Assembly (NCBI GenBank): GCA_951406725.2
Contig: OX597826.1
Coordinates: forward strand, 23,498,001-23,562,000
From: Octopus vulgaris
Lineage: Eukaryota
Direction of reading: 5' to 3'
DNA length: 64,000 nucleotides
Position 1 is the stretch's first letter. Each line of letters opens with the position of its first letter. Positions 27,045 to 40,606 of this stretch are shown in pieces. A model generated the notes under the pieces. The model ran no database searches. It was not told where the DNA came from and saw only the letters and a program-made list of their open reading frames with translations. A program made the translations under genes and the position numbers.

Positions 27045-27480
27045 ATAATAATCCTTTCTACTGGAGGCACAAGGCCTCAGATTTGGCGGGAGGGGACTGG
27101 TCGATTATATCGACCCTAGTACTCAACTGGTACTTATTTTATCGACTCCGAAAGGATGAAAGGCAAAGATTACCATGGCGGAATTTGAACCCAGAAGGTC
27201 AAGAGAGGCGAAATGCCGCAAAGCATTTTGTCAAGCGTGCTAATGATGATGATGATGATGATGATGATCATCATCATCATCATCATCATCCTTTCTACTA
27301 TAGGCACAAGGCCTGAAACTTTGGGGAAGGGGGCAGTCGAATAGATTGACCTCAGTACGCAACTGGTACTTATTTTACCGACTCGGAAAGGATGGAAGAC
27401 AAAGTCGATTTCGGCGGAATTTGAACTTAGAACTTAAAGATGGACGAAATACAGCGAAGCATCTTGTCCATCACATTAGC
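27045..27480 (-). mobile_element. Two tandem SINEs (family B head/core with a GATT-type tail)
   Basis: Minus strand: AGTTCAAATTCCGCC..TTTCATCCTTTC..GTCGATAAAATAAGTACCAG..GTAGAAAGGAT(TAT/GAT)n. Similar copy at 49493-49712 (+). Confidence 0.7.
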
Positions 27481-27613
27481 TCTTTCTTTATAGCCAACAG
27501 ACAGAGGAAAACTCCCTGCTCTTCCATTTCCTAGCCAAAAGAAAGCTGCCGGATGATCCTCACGATAGACTCGGCTGATAACTGGATCCGTCCTACGCGC
27601 GACAACAGCTATG

Positions 27614-27800
27614 TGGAGGTGCAATGGCCCAGTGGTTAGGGCAGTGGACTCGCGGTCGTAAGAACGCGGTTTCGATTCCCAGACCGGGCATTGTGAGTGT
27701 TTATTGAGCAAAAACACCTTAGCTCCACGAGTCTCCGACGGGTGGTGGTGAACCCCGCTGTACTCTTTCACCACAACTTTCTCTCACTCTTTCTTCCTAC
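27614..27800 (+). mobile_element. tRNA(Arg)-like SINE head and body
   Basis: TGGCCCAGTGGTTAGGGCAGTGGACTCGCGGTC..GGTTTCGATTCCC; homologous to 50936-51140. Confidence 0.75.
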
Positions 27801-28176
27801 TTCTGCCACAAAACAGAGGAACCATGGTGTGGTAAACTTTCAGACCCTAATCTAGATTGCGAATCCTCTGTACCCCAGGATGGTTCAGCTCTCCACCCGT
27901 TAAAAGCCACCGTTTACAGAATGAGGATAACAACGTAGCTTTCGCGCCCGTGCAACCGCCAGTCTATTGCGTGTGGTGGGTGGATCTTCAAGTTGCCACA
28001 CGCATTCTTAGTAGATTAGAGTAGGCTCGAATTAGAGATTATTCTTTGTGGCTAATGGCGTGAGTCCTGATTGGAAGGAGGGAGGAGGGGAGGAGAAGAA
28101 GAAGAAGAAGAAGAAGAAGAAGAAGAAGAAGAAGAAGAAGAAGAAGAAGAAGAAGAAGAAGAAGAAGAAGAAGAAG

Positions 28177-28372
28177 ACAACAGCTGTTCGACAAAGCTCC
28201 ACAGGTAAGCAATGCTCGAACACTGGACGAGTACATGCATAATTGTTTCATCGTTTTGTGCGTATTCGGACAGGTCCGCCTGACAGCACTTCCGCGCCTG
28301 TAGAGCTTACCTCGAACCGACAGAGCCCGCCCTGCCTCCAGTAGCACTGCCAAACCAAGGACTACATGATTC
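28177..28372 (-). mobile_element. Decayed fragment of the Tx1-type LINE next to (GAA)n
   Basis: LSVRGKLYRRGSAVRRTCP / HVLVQCSSIAYLWSFVEQLL matches 12180-12330. Confidence 0.75.
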
Positions 28373-28490
28373 AATGTTTAGTTTTTAGAGTGAGATTTGA
28401 TGGATATATGGCTATTTTTAGTTTGTTGATCGACCACATAGAAACTCTCCCGTTGGCATGTAACAAGCGACCACAGGAGTCTCTCTCCTC

Positions 28491-28541
<51 letters not shown>

Positions 28542-28555
28542 GGTACAACATTTAG

Positions 28556-29142
28556 AAGGCGGCGTGCTGGCAGAAACGTTAGCAGGCCGGGCGAAATGCT
28601 TAGCGGTATTTCGTCTGTCGTTACGTTGTGAGTTCAAATTCCGCCGAGGTCGACTTTGCCTTTCATCCTTTCGGGGTCGATAAATTAAGTACCAGTTACG
28701 CACTGGGGTCGATGTAATCGACTTAATACCTATGTCTGTCCTTGTTTGTCCCCTCTATGTTTAGCCCCTTGTGGGTAATAAAGAAATAGGTATTTCGTCT
28801 GCCGTTACGTTCTGAGTTAAAATTCCGTTGGCTTTCATCCTTTCGGTGTCGATAAATTAAGTACCAGTTACGCACTGGGTTCAATATAATCGACTTAATC
28901 CGTTTGTCTGTCCTTGTTTGTCCTCTCTGTGTTTAGCCCCTTGTGGGTAGTAAAGAAATAGGTATTTCGTCTGCCGCTACGTTGAGAGTTCAAATTCCGC
29001 CGAGGTTGACTTTGCCTTTCATCCTTTCGGGGTCGATAAATTAAGTACCAATTACGCACTGGGGTCGATGTAATCGACTTAATCCGTTTGTCTGTCCTTG
29101 TTTGTCCCCTCTGTGTTTAGCCCCTTGTGGGTAGTAAAGAAA
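28556..29142 (+). mobile_element. Trimeric SINE (family B): one head plus three ~175-bp body units
   Basis: Units restart at GGTATTTCGTCTG (~28605, 28789, 28961). 16-bp TSD TAGGTACAACATTTAG at 28540-28555 and 29143-29158. Confidence 0.9.
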
Positions 29143-29630
29143 TAGGTACAACATTTAGGCCCGTTGTTTTAGATCTCGATTTTTAAATTATTGAATGCAG
29201 GATTAGAGTATATCTGCAACGTAAGAGGCAGTTTCTGTGCTTTATTGGTAAATTAACAGTGAAATATCATAGATGCAGATGCTATTTTAGCATATACTGG
29301 TCTAATTTCGTGGAATCTGCTGCCAAGGTAATTTTCATTTTCATCTAGATTTGCTTGAAAATTCAGGACAGACATTGAACAAGTCTTATCAATGTAGCTG
29401 TAGACACAAGAATTTTAAATTCCAGCACACATGTTTATAGGGAAGTGCGAAAGGTTAAAACGTGAGGACTCAGTGAAAAGAACATTAAAAAATCGAATAT
29501 GTCACAAAATTATCTACCAGATTGGTACATGGTATCCAGCTGAAGAGATCGTGTCGAAATGTGTTTAGAAATTAGGTATTTCTGAAAAAGCACAAGGTCA
29601 ATATTTATGTGTGTGTGTGTGTGTGTGTGG

Positions 29631-29696
<66 letters not shown>

Positions 29697-31394
29697 TAGA
29701 GACAGACAGAGAGAGAAGTGGATGGTGGAAGGAAGCGAAAGGGAGGAGGGAGAGGAGGATTTAAGCTCGTGTAAGTAGACTTGCATATCAGCCGTAATAC
29801 AAGCAAATATGAAAAGCTGGACTCCGGGTTCCAATGGCAAGGCTGACAACCGAAGTAATAGGAGGACCTTTGTCCAAGGTTAAGCGTTGATGCGGACTCT
29901 CGTTGCTTTCTTCCAGTCCGTAGAAGATTTGAGTTTACATTGAAATCTGATAAAATACTCGTTTAATTATAGTGATTCCGCTATTTTAAGTAATTATCTC
30001 ACACTATCTGTGGTATCTACTTCTACAAGATGACTTGAGCCACTAAAAGTTAAGTGATGTCTTGACAGTGCAGTGCGGCATAGGTCAGTGGTTAGGGCGT
30101 TTGGTTCGCAGTTATAAAACCGTGGGTTCGATTTCTGGGACAGGCAATTCGTTACGTCTTTGAACAAGGCACGTCTTTTTACATAGTTTTAGTCTACTTA
30201 GCAAAAAATTAATACCAGTCGACTGCCGGTGCAGCCCTCTCTCCCTCCAGTTGTCAAATCCTCGATGTTCCACAGGATCAAAGGTGGGGAGGTCAACATC
30301 TGTTTGCGACTACATAGCATGCCCGTCTCTAAGGGGGGGTCACTGGGTGGCACTACCCCTTCACTATTCAATGGTGCACCCTTAGGTTAAGAAAATACAG
30401 TTTACAAAAATCTTCCCGCGGTACAAATTAGTGTCCACCCATAATATTCTAATGCACCCCCAAACAGCAAAGTCTGGCGACGGGCCTGCTACACAGAGAC
30501 ACAAACTATTTAAGAAAAACATGGTACATGCAATCAGGTTACGCACTTACGAGTAACGGCCATGATTGCTTTATAATTAGTTCTAGTTATTTTTTTTCTC
30601 TTCTTTAAATATATTAGCATTAACGTAACTTTAAATACAAGTGATATAGTTATTACTCCATCCATGGATATCACTTATATTACTGTTATTTATTTAAATG
30701 AACAGAGATAAATCGAAGTACACTGTTGTGGAAGTTAAACCGAATCTTTTATAGTAAAGATTACTATACTGCACTCTAATAGTTAGGATATCAGCCATTA
30801 CCTCTACATAGCTATTATAGGGGTCAAAAATAGCAATCCAATTCTCTCAAAGTATCATTTTTAAAAAGAAAGGCTGGATTGTATAATGTGGCCTTAGATA
30901 TGTAAATAGACGGCATGATCAAAGGTGGAACATTTTCAATCATTCGCGGGATGGCTTAGGCCTAAATAACAACAATAACAACAACAACAGCAACAACATT
31001 GTTCTTAGAAAAAATATAGATGCGTAAACTTCTGTAGTAGACATCGAAACATGCCAAATTTACCTATTTTTCTGTAGATTGAAAAATTAATGAAAACCTC
31101 AATCGATTTTCGATCCTTATTGGGATTTCAAAATGATATAATTTGGATGCACTCGACGTGCAATAGTTAAACCATCCAGTTTCGTCTGTAATGTTAATCT
31201 CATTAGATTCCCACCGTCACTTATAGACACTTTGGTCCTCTGTCGTCAAAAGTCGGCCATGACAATACAAAGAACGCGGCAATAATAAGAGATAAAAGAA
31301 CACGGTTTCTTTCTCAAAAGTTTTACATAGTTCAATCTGTTTCTAGCCACTGAAACAGTTTCCTCTCGAATGGGAGTCATTGCAGATATACACA

Positions 31395-31621
31395 ACTCTT
31401 TACTCTTTTACTTATTTCAGTCATTTGATAGCGGCCATGCTGGAGCACCGCCTTTTAGTCGAGCAAATCGACCCCAGGACTTATTTTTTGTAAGCCTAAT
31501 ACTTATTCTATCGGGCTCTTTTGCCGAACCGCTAAGTTACAGGGACGTAAACACACCAACATCGGTTGTAGCGATGTTGGGGAGACAAACACAGACACAC
31601 AAACATATACACATACATACA

Positions 31622-31650
<29 letters not shown>
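31395..31650 (-). mobile_element. 3' half of a family A SINE whose internal microsatellite received the large PLE insertion
   Basis: SINE tail and body run into (TACA)/(TA)n. The matching 5' part reappears at 41222-41295. Confidence 0.7.
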
Positions 31651-31703
<53 letters not shown>

Positions 31704-31786
31704 GGTCCCGGGTTGATTCGGGGTTAACCACAGTAAGTAAGGTACTCAATACATAGCAGAGTAAAATTAATTTATTATATAGAAGG

Positions 31787-31837
31787 AGCTTCTACAGGAC
31801 TAGTACTGTTTCATTCAAGAGAAATCTTCAGGAAGCT
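31787..31837 (-). ncRNA. Type I hammerhead ribozyme motif (left arm terminus)
   Basis: Minus: AGCTTC CTGAAGA TTTC-TCTT-GAAT GAAA CAG-TACTAGTC-CTG TA GAAGCT. Confidence 0.8.
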
Positions 31838-32999
31838 ATTTAACAAGAATTGTATTAGCATTTATACATTTAGGCAGGTTTAAAGGAGTGGTGGTGGGGG
31901 ACTTTTTGGGGGTAGGCATAGCGCAAAATATCATACTTGGGGGAGTGGTCAAGGAGTCAGTGGTAAGTTAGATGAAAGAATAGATAAATAAAAAAATAAA
32001 AAAATAAAAAAATAAAAAAATAAAAAATATATATAAAAAATATATATATAAAAAATATATATATAAAAAAATGGGGGGATAGAGTTATAGGTAAATAAGG
32101 AGATTCTCACTTATACCTATACACACATGTATACGTATCTACACACACATACATACATACACATATATATACACACACATATATATACATATATATATAT
32201 ATAATACACACATACATACATATCTACATACACACATACATACACCCGCCCACATATACAAATTTATACACATGCACATGCCTATACCTGTCTACACATA
32301 CACACACGTATATATGCATACACTCACTCCCATGCATGCACGCATACACACATGTATATATATATATATATACCCACGACCACACATACATATATACACA
32401 TAAAAATATATATTCATACGCACATACACTCATGCACACACAACACACCTAGTTCCCTATATACACATATTTACACCTATATATACATACACCCACATAC
32501 ACCTATGTACACATATATATATATAAACATATACACGCATACATATATATACATGTGTGCACATACATACATACACACATATATACATACACATACACAT
32601 ACACATGTGTACCTATACATACCTACACATACACACATACATACATACAAATATACGTATACATATATATATATACAATCCAATACAGGCCCATTCCCTA
32701 ATTTTAATTTTATTATCTTCATTTATTACTTTTGTTATCTTTGATCGCTAGAGCTAAGAATCCTGGCAATGGCTGCATGTCCATTTGTCTGTCTACTAGA
32801 AGGCAAGTACTCATTCCCGCACGCACACTCATTAGCACGTACATTCACCCATTCGTACACTCATACACATACACGTACGCACGCGTTATATTCATACATA
32901 CAAACATCTACATACGTTCACGTATATACACATACGTACTCGTACCTACAGATTCGTGTCTACACTTTAGGAGGCTAGTCTATACATATACACCAATAA

Positions 33000-33044
<45 letters not shown>

Positions 33045-33094
33045 CACATATACATACACACACACACATATATACTCCTACATACAGATACATA

Positions 33095-33137
<43 letters not shown>

Positions 33138-33319
33138 CACATACATACACATACACACATACATATACACACACATACATACACATATATATACATACAC
33201 AAACATATATACACACATATATATATACATACACACATACACACATACATACGTATACATACATCCATACATCCATACATCCATACTTACATGCATTTAT
33301 ACGCATACACACACCCATC

Positions 33320-33350
<31 letters not shown>

Positions 33351-33631
33351 TCACACATACATATACAAATCTACGCACACACATACATACATACATACAC
33401 GTATACGCATACACGCACATACACATATACATGCGTACCCATACACGTGCACACACGCACGCGCATCCATATATATACACACACACACATATATATACAC
33501 GTGTGCAAGCATACATACATACTCATACGCGCACACATACTTACATATACATATATGCACACACTTACACACATATATATACATACACATATACATGCAT
33601 ACATACATATATACATACATACACACACGCA

Positions 33632-33673
<42 letters not shown>

Positions 33674-33736
33674 TATATACATATATACATATATATACAC
33701 ATACATACACATACACATACATACACACATATACAC

Positions 33737-33768
<32 letters not shown>

Positions 33769-33981
33769 TATACACATACATATATACACATATACATACA
33801 TATACATACACACACACATACATATATACATATACACTGATACACATACCCATACATACACATGCATATACTTATATCACTACATACTCACATATATAAA
33901 CATATATACATATACACATACATACATATACATGTATATACACATACGTATGCATATATATATATATACATATATATACAC

Positions 33982-34016
<35 letters not shown>

Positions 34017-34670
34017 TACATATACACATATACATGTATACATACGCAAAAATGATACACATATATACACATACACACACACAGACAGATGCATATACAT
34101 ACATATATATATATAAACTACATATCTATATAAATACATACATAATACACATATACACACACATATATATACATTCCTGCATATACATATACAAGTATAC
34201 ATACACATACATACACACACACGCGCACACATACATATACACACACACATATACAAATACATACATACACACATACACACACACATATATATATATATAT
34301 ACATACATGTACACATATACATATGTATATATATATCAACAAGGGAGGGTAAAGTTAATTAGTTATTAATCAATTTCATCAAGTGTTCAGTATGTAAAGG
34401 GACCATTATTATTTTGAGTAAACAATGTTAGAGGGAAAAAAATTCTCTAAGTAGTGGAAGAGGCTAAAAAACTTTATTGGCTGCTATTTCTAGAAAGTTT
34501 AGTATGTGGCAAAGTAATTTATTTTATTTTCCTAAGCCCTAATTATATAATATTTTATACATACATACACATACATAAGCACATACATTTACACATACAT
34601 ATGCATATACATATATACACATATACATACAAACACATATACACATATACACACACACACACATACAAGC

Positions 34671-34713
<43 letters not shown>

Positions 34714-34962
34714 AATATATATACATATATATTTTTACATGCATACATACACACACACACACATAATACATGCGTATATTCCTACTGTACCCATGCATTT
34801 CTATACATATATACATACATACGATACACATATACAAGCGTGCACATATAATATGTGAAAGGTCTTAGGAGAAAAGGTAATCGGGGGTGCTAGGGGAACA
34901 GTGGGGTTGGGGGGGGGTTGTAGGGGGGGTTGTAGGGGGGGGGGTTGTAGGGGGGGTTGTCA

Positions 34963-36310
34963 TCAATCAGGTTGCCGGGTAGGTCTATAGTTCTTGTAGT
35001 TCGCATACTTCTTATGCATGCAATTTGGGGAGTGTTCTGAAAATTTGTTAAGGAGAGGGCCTTTGGCGAACAAGATCTCTAGGCTCTCTGATATGCATAG
35101 GTCACAGCAGGTATGTCCTCCTGTGTACGAGCGCGCCTTCTGTAGTAGTTTCCACTTGGTCTTGAAGGGGATTGAGTTCCTTTTAAGGTACCAGATGTGG
35201 GCGGCGAGGGTAGTTTGGTTGGATTTATCCTGTCGCCGGAACGAGTGTGTATGTGCGTACCAGCGGGTCTTAAAGCTGTTTGACGTCATTCCAATGTAGG
35301 ATTTACTTTTATCGTCAAGGCCTGATCTTACCTCGCATTTATATACTAGGTCCCTCTGTAGGCAGTTGTTGTTGAGGGGGCAGGTGGTTTTATCATGGCA
35401 GTTGCAATTGCTATCGGACGTTGGATGGGCCCCGGAGAAAGTAGATATGTTAAGTTTTTTCACATTGTTGTTGGCTAGGTTCCTGGCTAGGTTGGGCGTG
35501 GTAGAGTAGGAGAGTCTAATAGTGTTCTTATTTAGGATAGTGTAGTACTTATGTTGGGTGGGGAAGTGTTTCTGTAGGAGAGTGAAAAGATCTTAGCTAC
35601 AGGTGTAGCGACCTCACGGTTGAAGGGGGGTTGTACCAGCTAATGTGTCTTCGTCTATTTTTCCTGGGTTGGCGTGGGGCTATACTAGTGTAGGTAATCT
35701 TATCTTTAAAACCACTGCGGGCCAGGGCCTCGTTGTAATAGGGGGCTGCGGCCTTAAAGATATCTTCCGTGGCGGACAGGCTAGAGATTCTAATTGAGAC
35801 ACTTTTTACTAGGTTATCTAATATATTTCTGGGGTGGTTGGAATTGATATCTATATATCTAAGGGATTCATTTGGTTTGTGGTACGGGTAATAAAGTGAG
35901 GTTTTTAAGTCGAGGGTGACATCTAGGAAGTTAGCCTTTGTTAAGTTGGATTCTAGGGTAATCCTAAGGCCTAAGTTTTTAAAGAAGGTGTGAAGATTTT
36001 TCCGGAACCCATCCGTGGTCCTGGGGTTTATATTGTGGAGGGCGAAAAGGCCGTCATCTCGGTAAAGACCACCGGAGAGGCCTGTGAATAGGGTTTTCAG
36101 CCTATGGAGGATGAAAAGGCCCACTAGGTCACTTATTTCAGCAGAGTCGTTAGCACCCATGCTGACGTCGAAGGGGGTCACAGATTTTTTGTTGATCCAG
36201 TGGGATCCGTCATAGAAAAGAAAAGTCTTACGTGCGTGGAGGATCACATCTTGCTCGGCCTCGGTGATGGTGGAGGACCTCCTGGCGAAGTTAATCGCAT
36301 CGATCAGCAA
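34963..36310 (-). pseudogene. PLE RT C-terminus + GIY-YIG, split by a 1-nt frameshift at the YNPP(F) poly-C
   Basis: ORFs 35597-36310 and 34963-35463 join (YNPPFNREVATPVAK..) if one C is restored. Confidence 0.85.
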
Positions 36311-36376
36311 GCTCTCCGATATAGAGGCGTAGTAATCCTCGATATCCAGTTGTAGGAATCGGGTGTTGCTTAAAAA

Positions 36377-37584
36377 CCTCGACTTAAAAACCTCACTTTA
36401 TTACCCGTACCACAAACCAAATGAATCCCTTAGATATATAGATATCAATTCCAACCACCCCAGAAATATATTAGATAACCTAGTAAAAAGTGTCTCAATT
36501 AGAATCTCTAGCCTGTCCGCCACGGAAGATATCTTTAAGGCCGCAGCCCCCTATTACAACGAGGCCCTGGCCCGCAGTGGTTTTAAAGATAAGATTACCT
36601 ACACTAGTATAGCCCCACGCCAACCCAGGAAAAATAGACGAAGACACATTAGCTGGTACAACCCCCCTTCAACCGTGAGGTCGCTACACCTGTAGCTAAG
36701 ATCTTTTTCACTCTCCTACAGAAACACTTCCCCACCCAACATAAGTACTACACTATCCTAAATAAGAACACTATTAGACTCTCCTACTCTACCACGCCCA
36801 ACCTAGCCAGGAACCTAGCCAACAACAATGTGAAAAAACTTAACATATCTACTTTCTCCGGGGCCCATCCAACGTCCGATAGCAATTGCAACTGCCATGA
36901 TAAAACCACCTGCCCCCTCAACAACAACTGCCTACAGAGGGACCTAGTATATAAATGCGAGGTAAGATCAGGCCTTGACGATAAAAGTAAATCCTACATT
37001 GGAATGACGTCAAACAGCTTTAAGACCCGCTGGTACGCACATACACACTCGTTCCGGCGACAGGATAAATCCAACCAAACTACCCTCGCCGCCCACATCT
37101 GGTACCTTAAAAGGAACTCAATCCCCTTCAAGACCAAGTGGAAACTACTACAGAAGGCGCGCTCGTACACAGGAGGACATACCTGCTGTGACCTATGCAT
37201 ATCAGAGAGCCTAGAGATCTTGTTCGCCAAAGGCCCTCTCCTTAACAAATTTTCAGAACACTCCCCAAATTGCATGCATAAGAAGTATGCGAACTACAAG
37301 AACTATAGACCTACCCGGCAACCTGATTGATGACAACCCCCCTACAACCCCCCTACAACCCCCCTACAACCCCCCTACAACCCCCCCCCAACCCCACTGT
37401 TCCCCTAGCACCCCCGATTACCTTTTCTCCTAAGACCTTTCACATATTATATGTGCACGCTTGTATATGTGTATCGTATGTATGTATATATGTATAGAAA
37501 TGCATGGGTACAGTAGGAATATACGCATGTATTATGTGTGTGTGTGTGTTTGTATGCATGTAAAAATATATATGTATATATATT

Positions 37585-37625
<41 letters not shown>

Positions 37626-38281
37626 GCTTGTATGTGTGTGTGTGTGTATATGTGTATATGTGTTTGTATGTATATGTGTATATATGTATATGCATATGTA
37701 TGTGTAAATGTATGTGCTTATGTATGTGTATGTATGTATAAAATATTATATAATTAGGGCTTAGGAAAATAAAATAAATTACTTTGCCACATACTAAACT
37801 TTCTAGAAATAGCAGCCAATAAAGTTTTTTAGCCTCTTCCACTACTTAGAGAATTTTTTTCCCTCTAACATTGTTTACTCAAAATAATAATGGTCCCTTT
37901 ACATACTGAACACTTGATGAAATTGATTAATAACTAATTAACTTTACCCTCCCTTGTTGATATATATATACATATGTATATGTGTACATGTATGTATATA
38001 TATATATATATATGTGTGTGTGTATGTGTGTATGTATGTATTTGTATATGTGTGTGTGTATATGTATGTGTGCGCGTGTGTGTGTATGTATGTGTATGTA
38101 TACTTGTATATGTATATGCAGGAATGTATATATATGTGTGTGTATATGTGTATTATGTATGTATTTATATAGATATGTAGTTTATATATATATATGTATG
38201 TATATGCATCTGTCTGTGTGTGTGTATGTGTATATATGTGTATCATTTTTGCGTATGTATACATGTATATGTGTATATGTA

Positions 38282-38320
<39 letters not shown>

Positions 38321-38525
38321 GTGTATATATATGTATATATATATATATGCATACGTATGTGTATGTACATGTATATGTGTATGTGTGTATATGTATATAT
38401 GTTTATATATGTGAGTATGTAGTGATATAAGTATATGCATGTGTATGTATGGGTATGTGTATCAGTGTATATGTATATATGTATGTGTGTGTGTATGTAT
38501 ATGTATGTATATGTGTATATATGTA

Positions 38526-38558
<33 letters not shown>

Positions 38559-38623
38559 GTGTGTATATGTGTGTATGTATGTGTATGTGTATGTATGTGT
38601 ATATATATGTATATATGTATATA

Positions 38624-38665
<42 letters not shown>

Positions 38666-39153
38666 TGCGTGTGTGTATGTATGTATATATGTATGTATGC
38701 ATGTATATGTGTATGTATATATATGTGTGTAAGTGTGTGCATATATGTATATGTAAGTATGTGTGCGCGTATGAGTATGTATGTATGCTTGCACACGTGT
38801 ATATATATGTGTGTCTGTGTATATATATGGATGCGCGTGCGTGTGTGCACGTGTATGGGTACGCATGTATATGTGTATGTGCGTGTATGCGTATACGTGT
38901 ATGTATGTATGTGTGTGCGTAGATTTGTATATGTATGTGTGAGTGTGTATATATATATATATATATACATATATATAGATGGGTGTGTGTATGCGTATAA
39001 ATGCATGTAAGTATGGATGTATGGATGTATGTATGTATGTATACGTATGTATGTGTGTATGTGTGTATGTATATATATATGTGTGTATATATGTTTGTGT
39101 ATGTATATATATGTGTATGTATGTGTGTGTATATGTATGTGTGTATGTGTATG

Positions 39154-39203
<50 letters not shown>

Positions 39204-39253
39204 TATGTATCTGTATGTAGGAGTATATATGTGTGTGTGTGTATGTATATGTG

Positions 39254-39302
<49 letters not shown>

Positions 39303-40107
39303 TTATTGGTGTATATGTATAGACTAGCCTCCTAAAGTGTAGACACGAATCTGTAGGTACGAGTACGTATGTGTATATACGTGAACGTATGTAGATGTTT
39401 GTATGTATGAATATAACGCGTGCGTACGTGTATGTGTATGAGTGTACGAATGGGTGAATGTACGTGCTAATGAGTGTGCGTGCGGGAATGAGTACTTGCC
39501 TTCTAGTAGACAGACAAATGGACATGCAGCCATTGCCAGGATTCTTAGCTCTAGCGATCAAAGATAACAAAAGTAATAAATGAAGATAATAAAATTAAAA
39601 TTAGGGAATGGGCCTGTATTGGATTGTATATATATATATGTATACGTATATTTGTATGTATGTATGTGTGTATGTGTAGGTATGTATAGGTACACATGTG
39701 TATGTGTATGTGTATGTATATATGTGTGTATGTATGTATGTGCACACATGTATATATATGTATGCGTGTATATGTTTATATATATATATGTGTACATAGG
39801 TGTATGTGGGTGTATGTATATATAGGTGTAAATATGTGTATATAGGGAACTAGGTGTGTTGTGTGTGCATGAGTGTATGTGCGTATGAATATATATTTTT
39901 ATGTGTATATATGTATGTGTGGTCGTGGGTATATATATATATATATATACATGTGTGTATGCGTGCATGCATGGGAGTGAGTGTATGCATATATACGTGT
40001 GTGTATGTGTAGACAGGTATAGGCATGTGCATGTGTATAAATTTGTATATGTGGGCGGGTGTATGTATGTGTGTATGTAGATATGTATGTATGTGTGTAT
40101 ATATGTA

Positions 40108-40152
<45 letters not shown>

Positions 40153-40547
40153 GTGTGTGTATATATATGTGTATGTATGTATGTGTGTGTAGATACGTAT
40201 ACATGTGTGTATAGGTATAAGTGAGAATCTCCTTATTTACCTATAACTCTATCCCCCCATTTTTATATATATATATTTTTATATATATATTTTTTTATAT
40301 ATATTTTTTATTTTTTTATTTTTTTATTTTTTTATTTATCTATTCTTTCATCTAACTTACCACTGACTCCTTGACCACTCCCCCAAGTATGATATTTTGC
40401 GCTATGCCTACCCCCAAAAAGTCCCCCACCACCACTCCTTTAAACCTGCCTAAATGTATAAATGCTAATACAATTCTTGTTAAATAGCTTCCTGAAGATT
40501 TCTCTTGAATGAAACAGTACTAGTCCTGTAGAAGCTCCTTCTATATA

Positions 40548-40552
<5 letters not shown>
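36377..40552 (+). mobile_element. Inverted copy (right arm) of the same PLE
   Basis: Reverse complement of ~31770-35915, with identical peptide sequence (36830-37330 = 34963-35463). Confidence 0.95.
40486..40536 (+). ncRNA. Type I hammerhead ribozyme motif (right arm terminus)
   Basis: Stem I AGCTTC/GAAGCT, core CTGAAGA 40492-40498, GAAA 40511-40514, stem III CAG/CTG, GUA site. Confidence 0.8.

Positions 40553-40606
<54 letters not shown>

Larger units (their letters stand above)
31700..36370 (-). mobile_element. Penelope-like element (YRDD-type RT + GIY-YIG) with a ~3-kb microsatellite-rich 3' region; left arm of an inverted duplication
   Basis: FDVSMGANDSAEISDLVG, GLYRDDG, FLDVTLD, SNHP, CNC..CPL..C, VYKC..YIGMTSNSFKTRW..H, CDLC..E. 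Confidence 0.93.

Noticed and set aside
27614-27690. tRNA genes (also 22736, 30075, 50936)
   Set aside because: A/B boxes are present, but there is no complete cloverleaf and they run into SINE bodies.
28556-29142. CRISPR-like regular repeats (also 59890-60240)
   Set aside because: Whole units repeat with no unique spacers; eukaryotic SINE or minisatellite.
29535-29570. CTGAAGA-GA..TC-GAAA hammerhead-like string
   Set aside because: Stems I and III do not pair convincingly.
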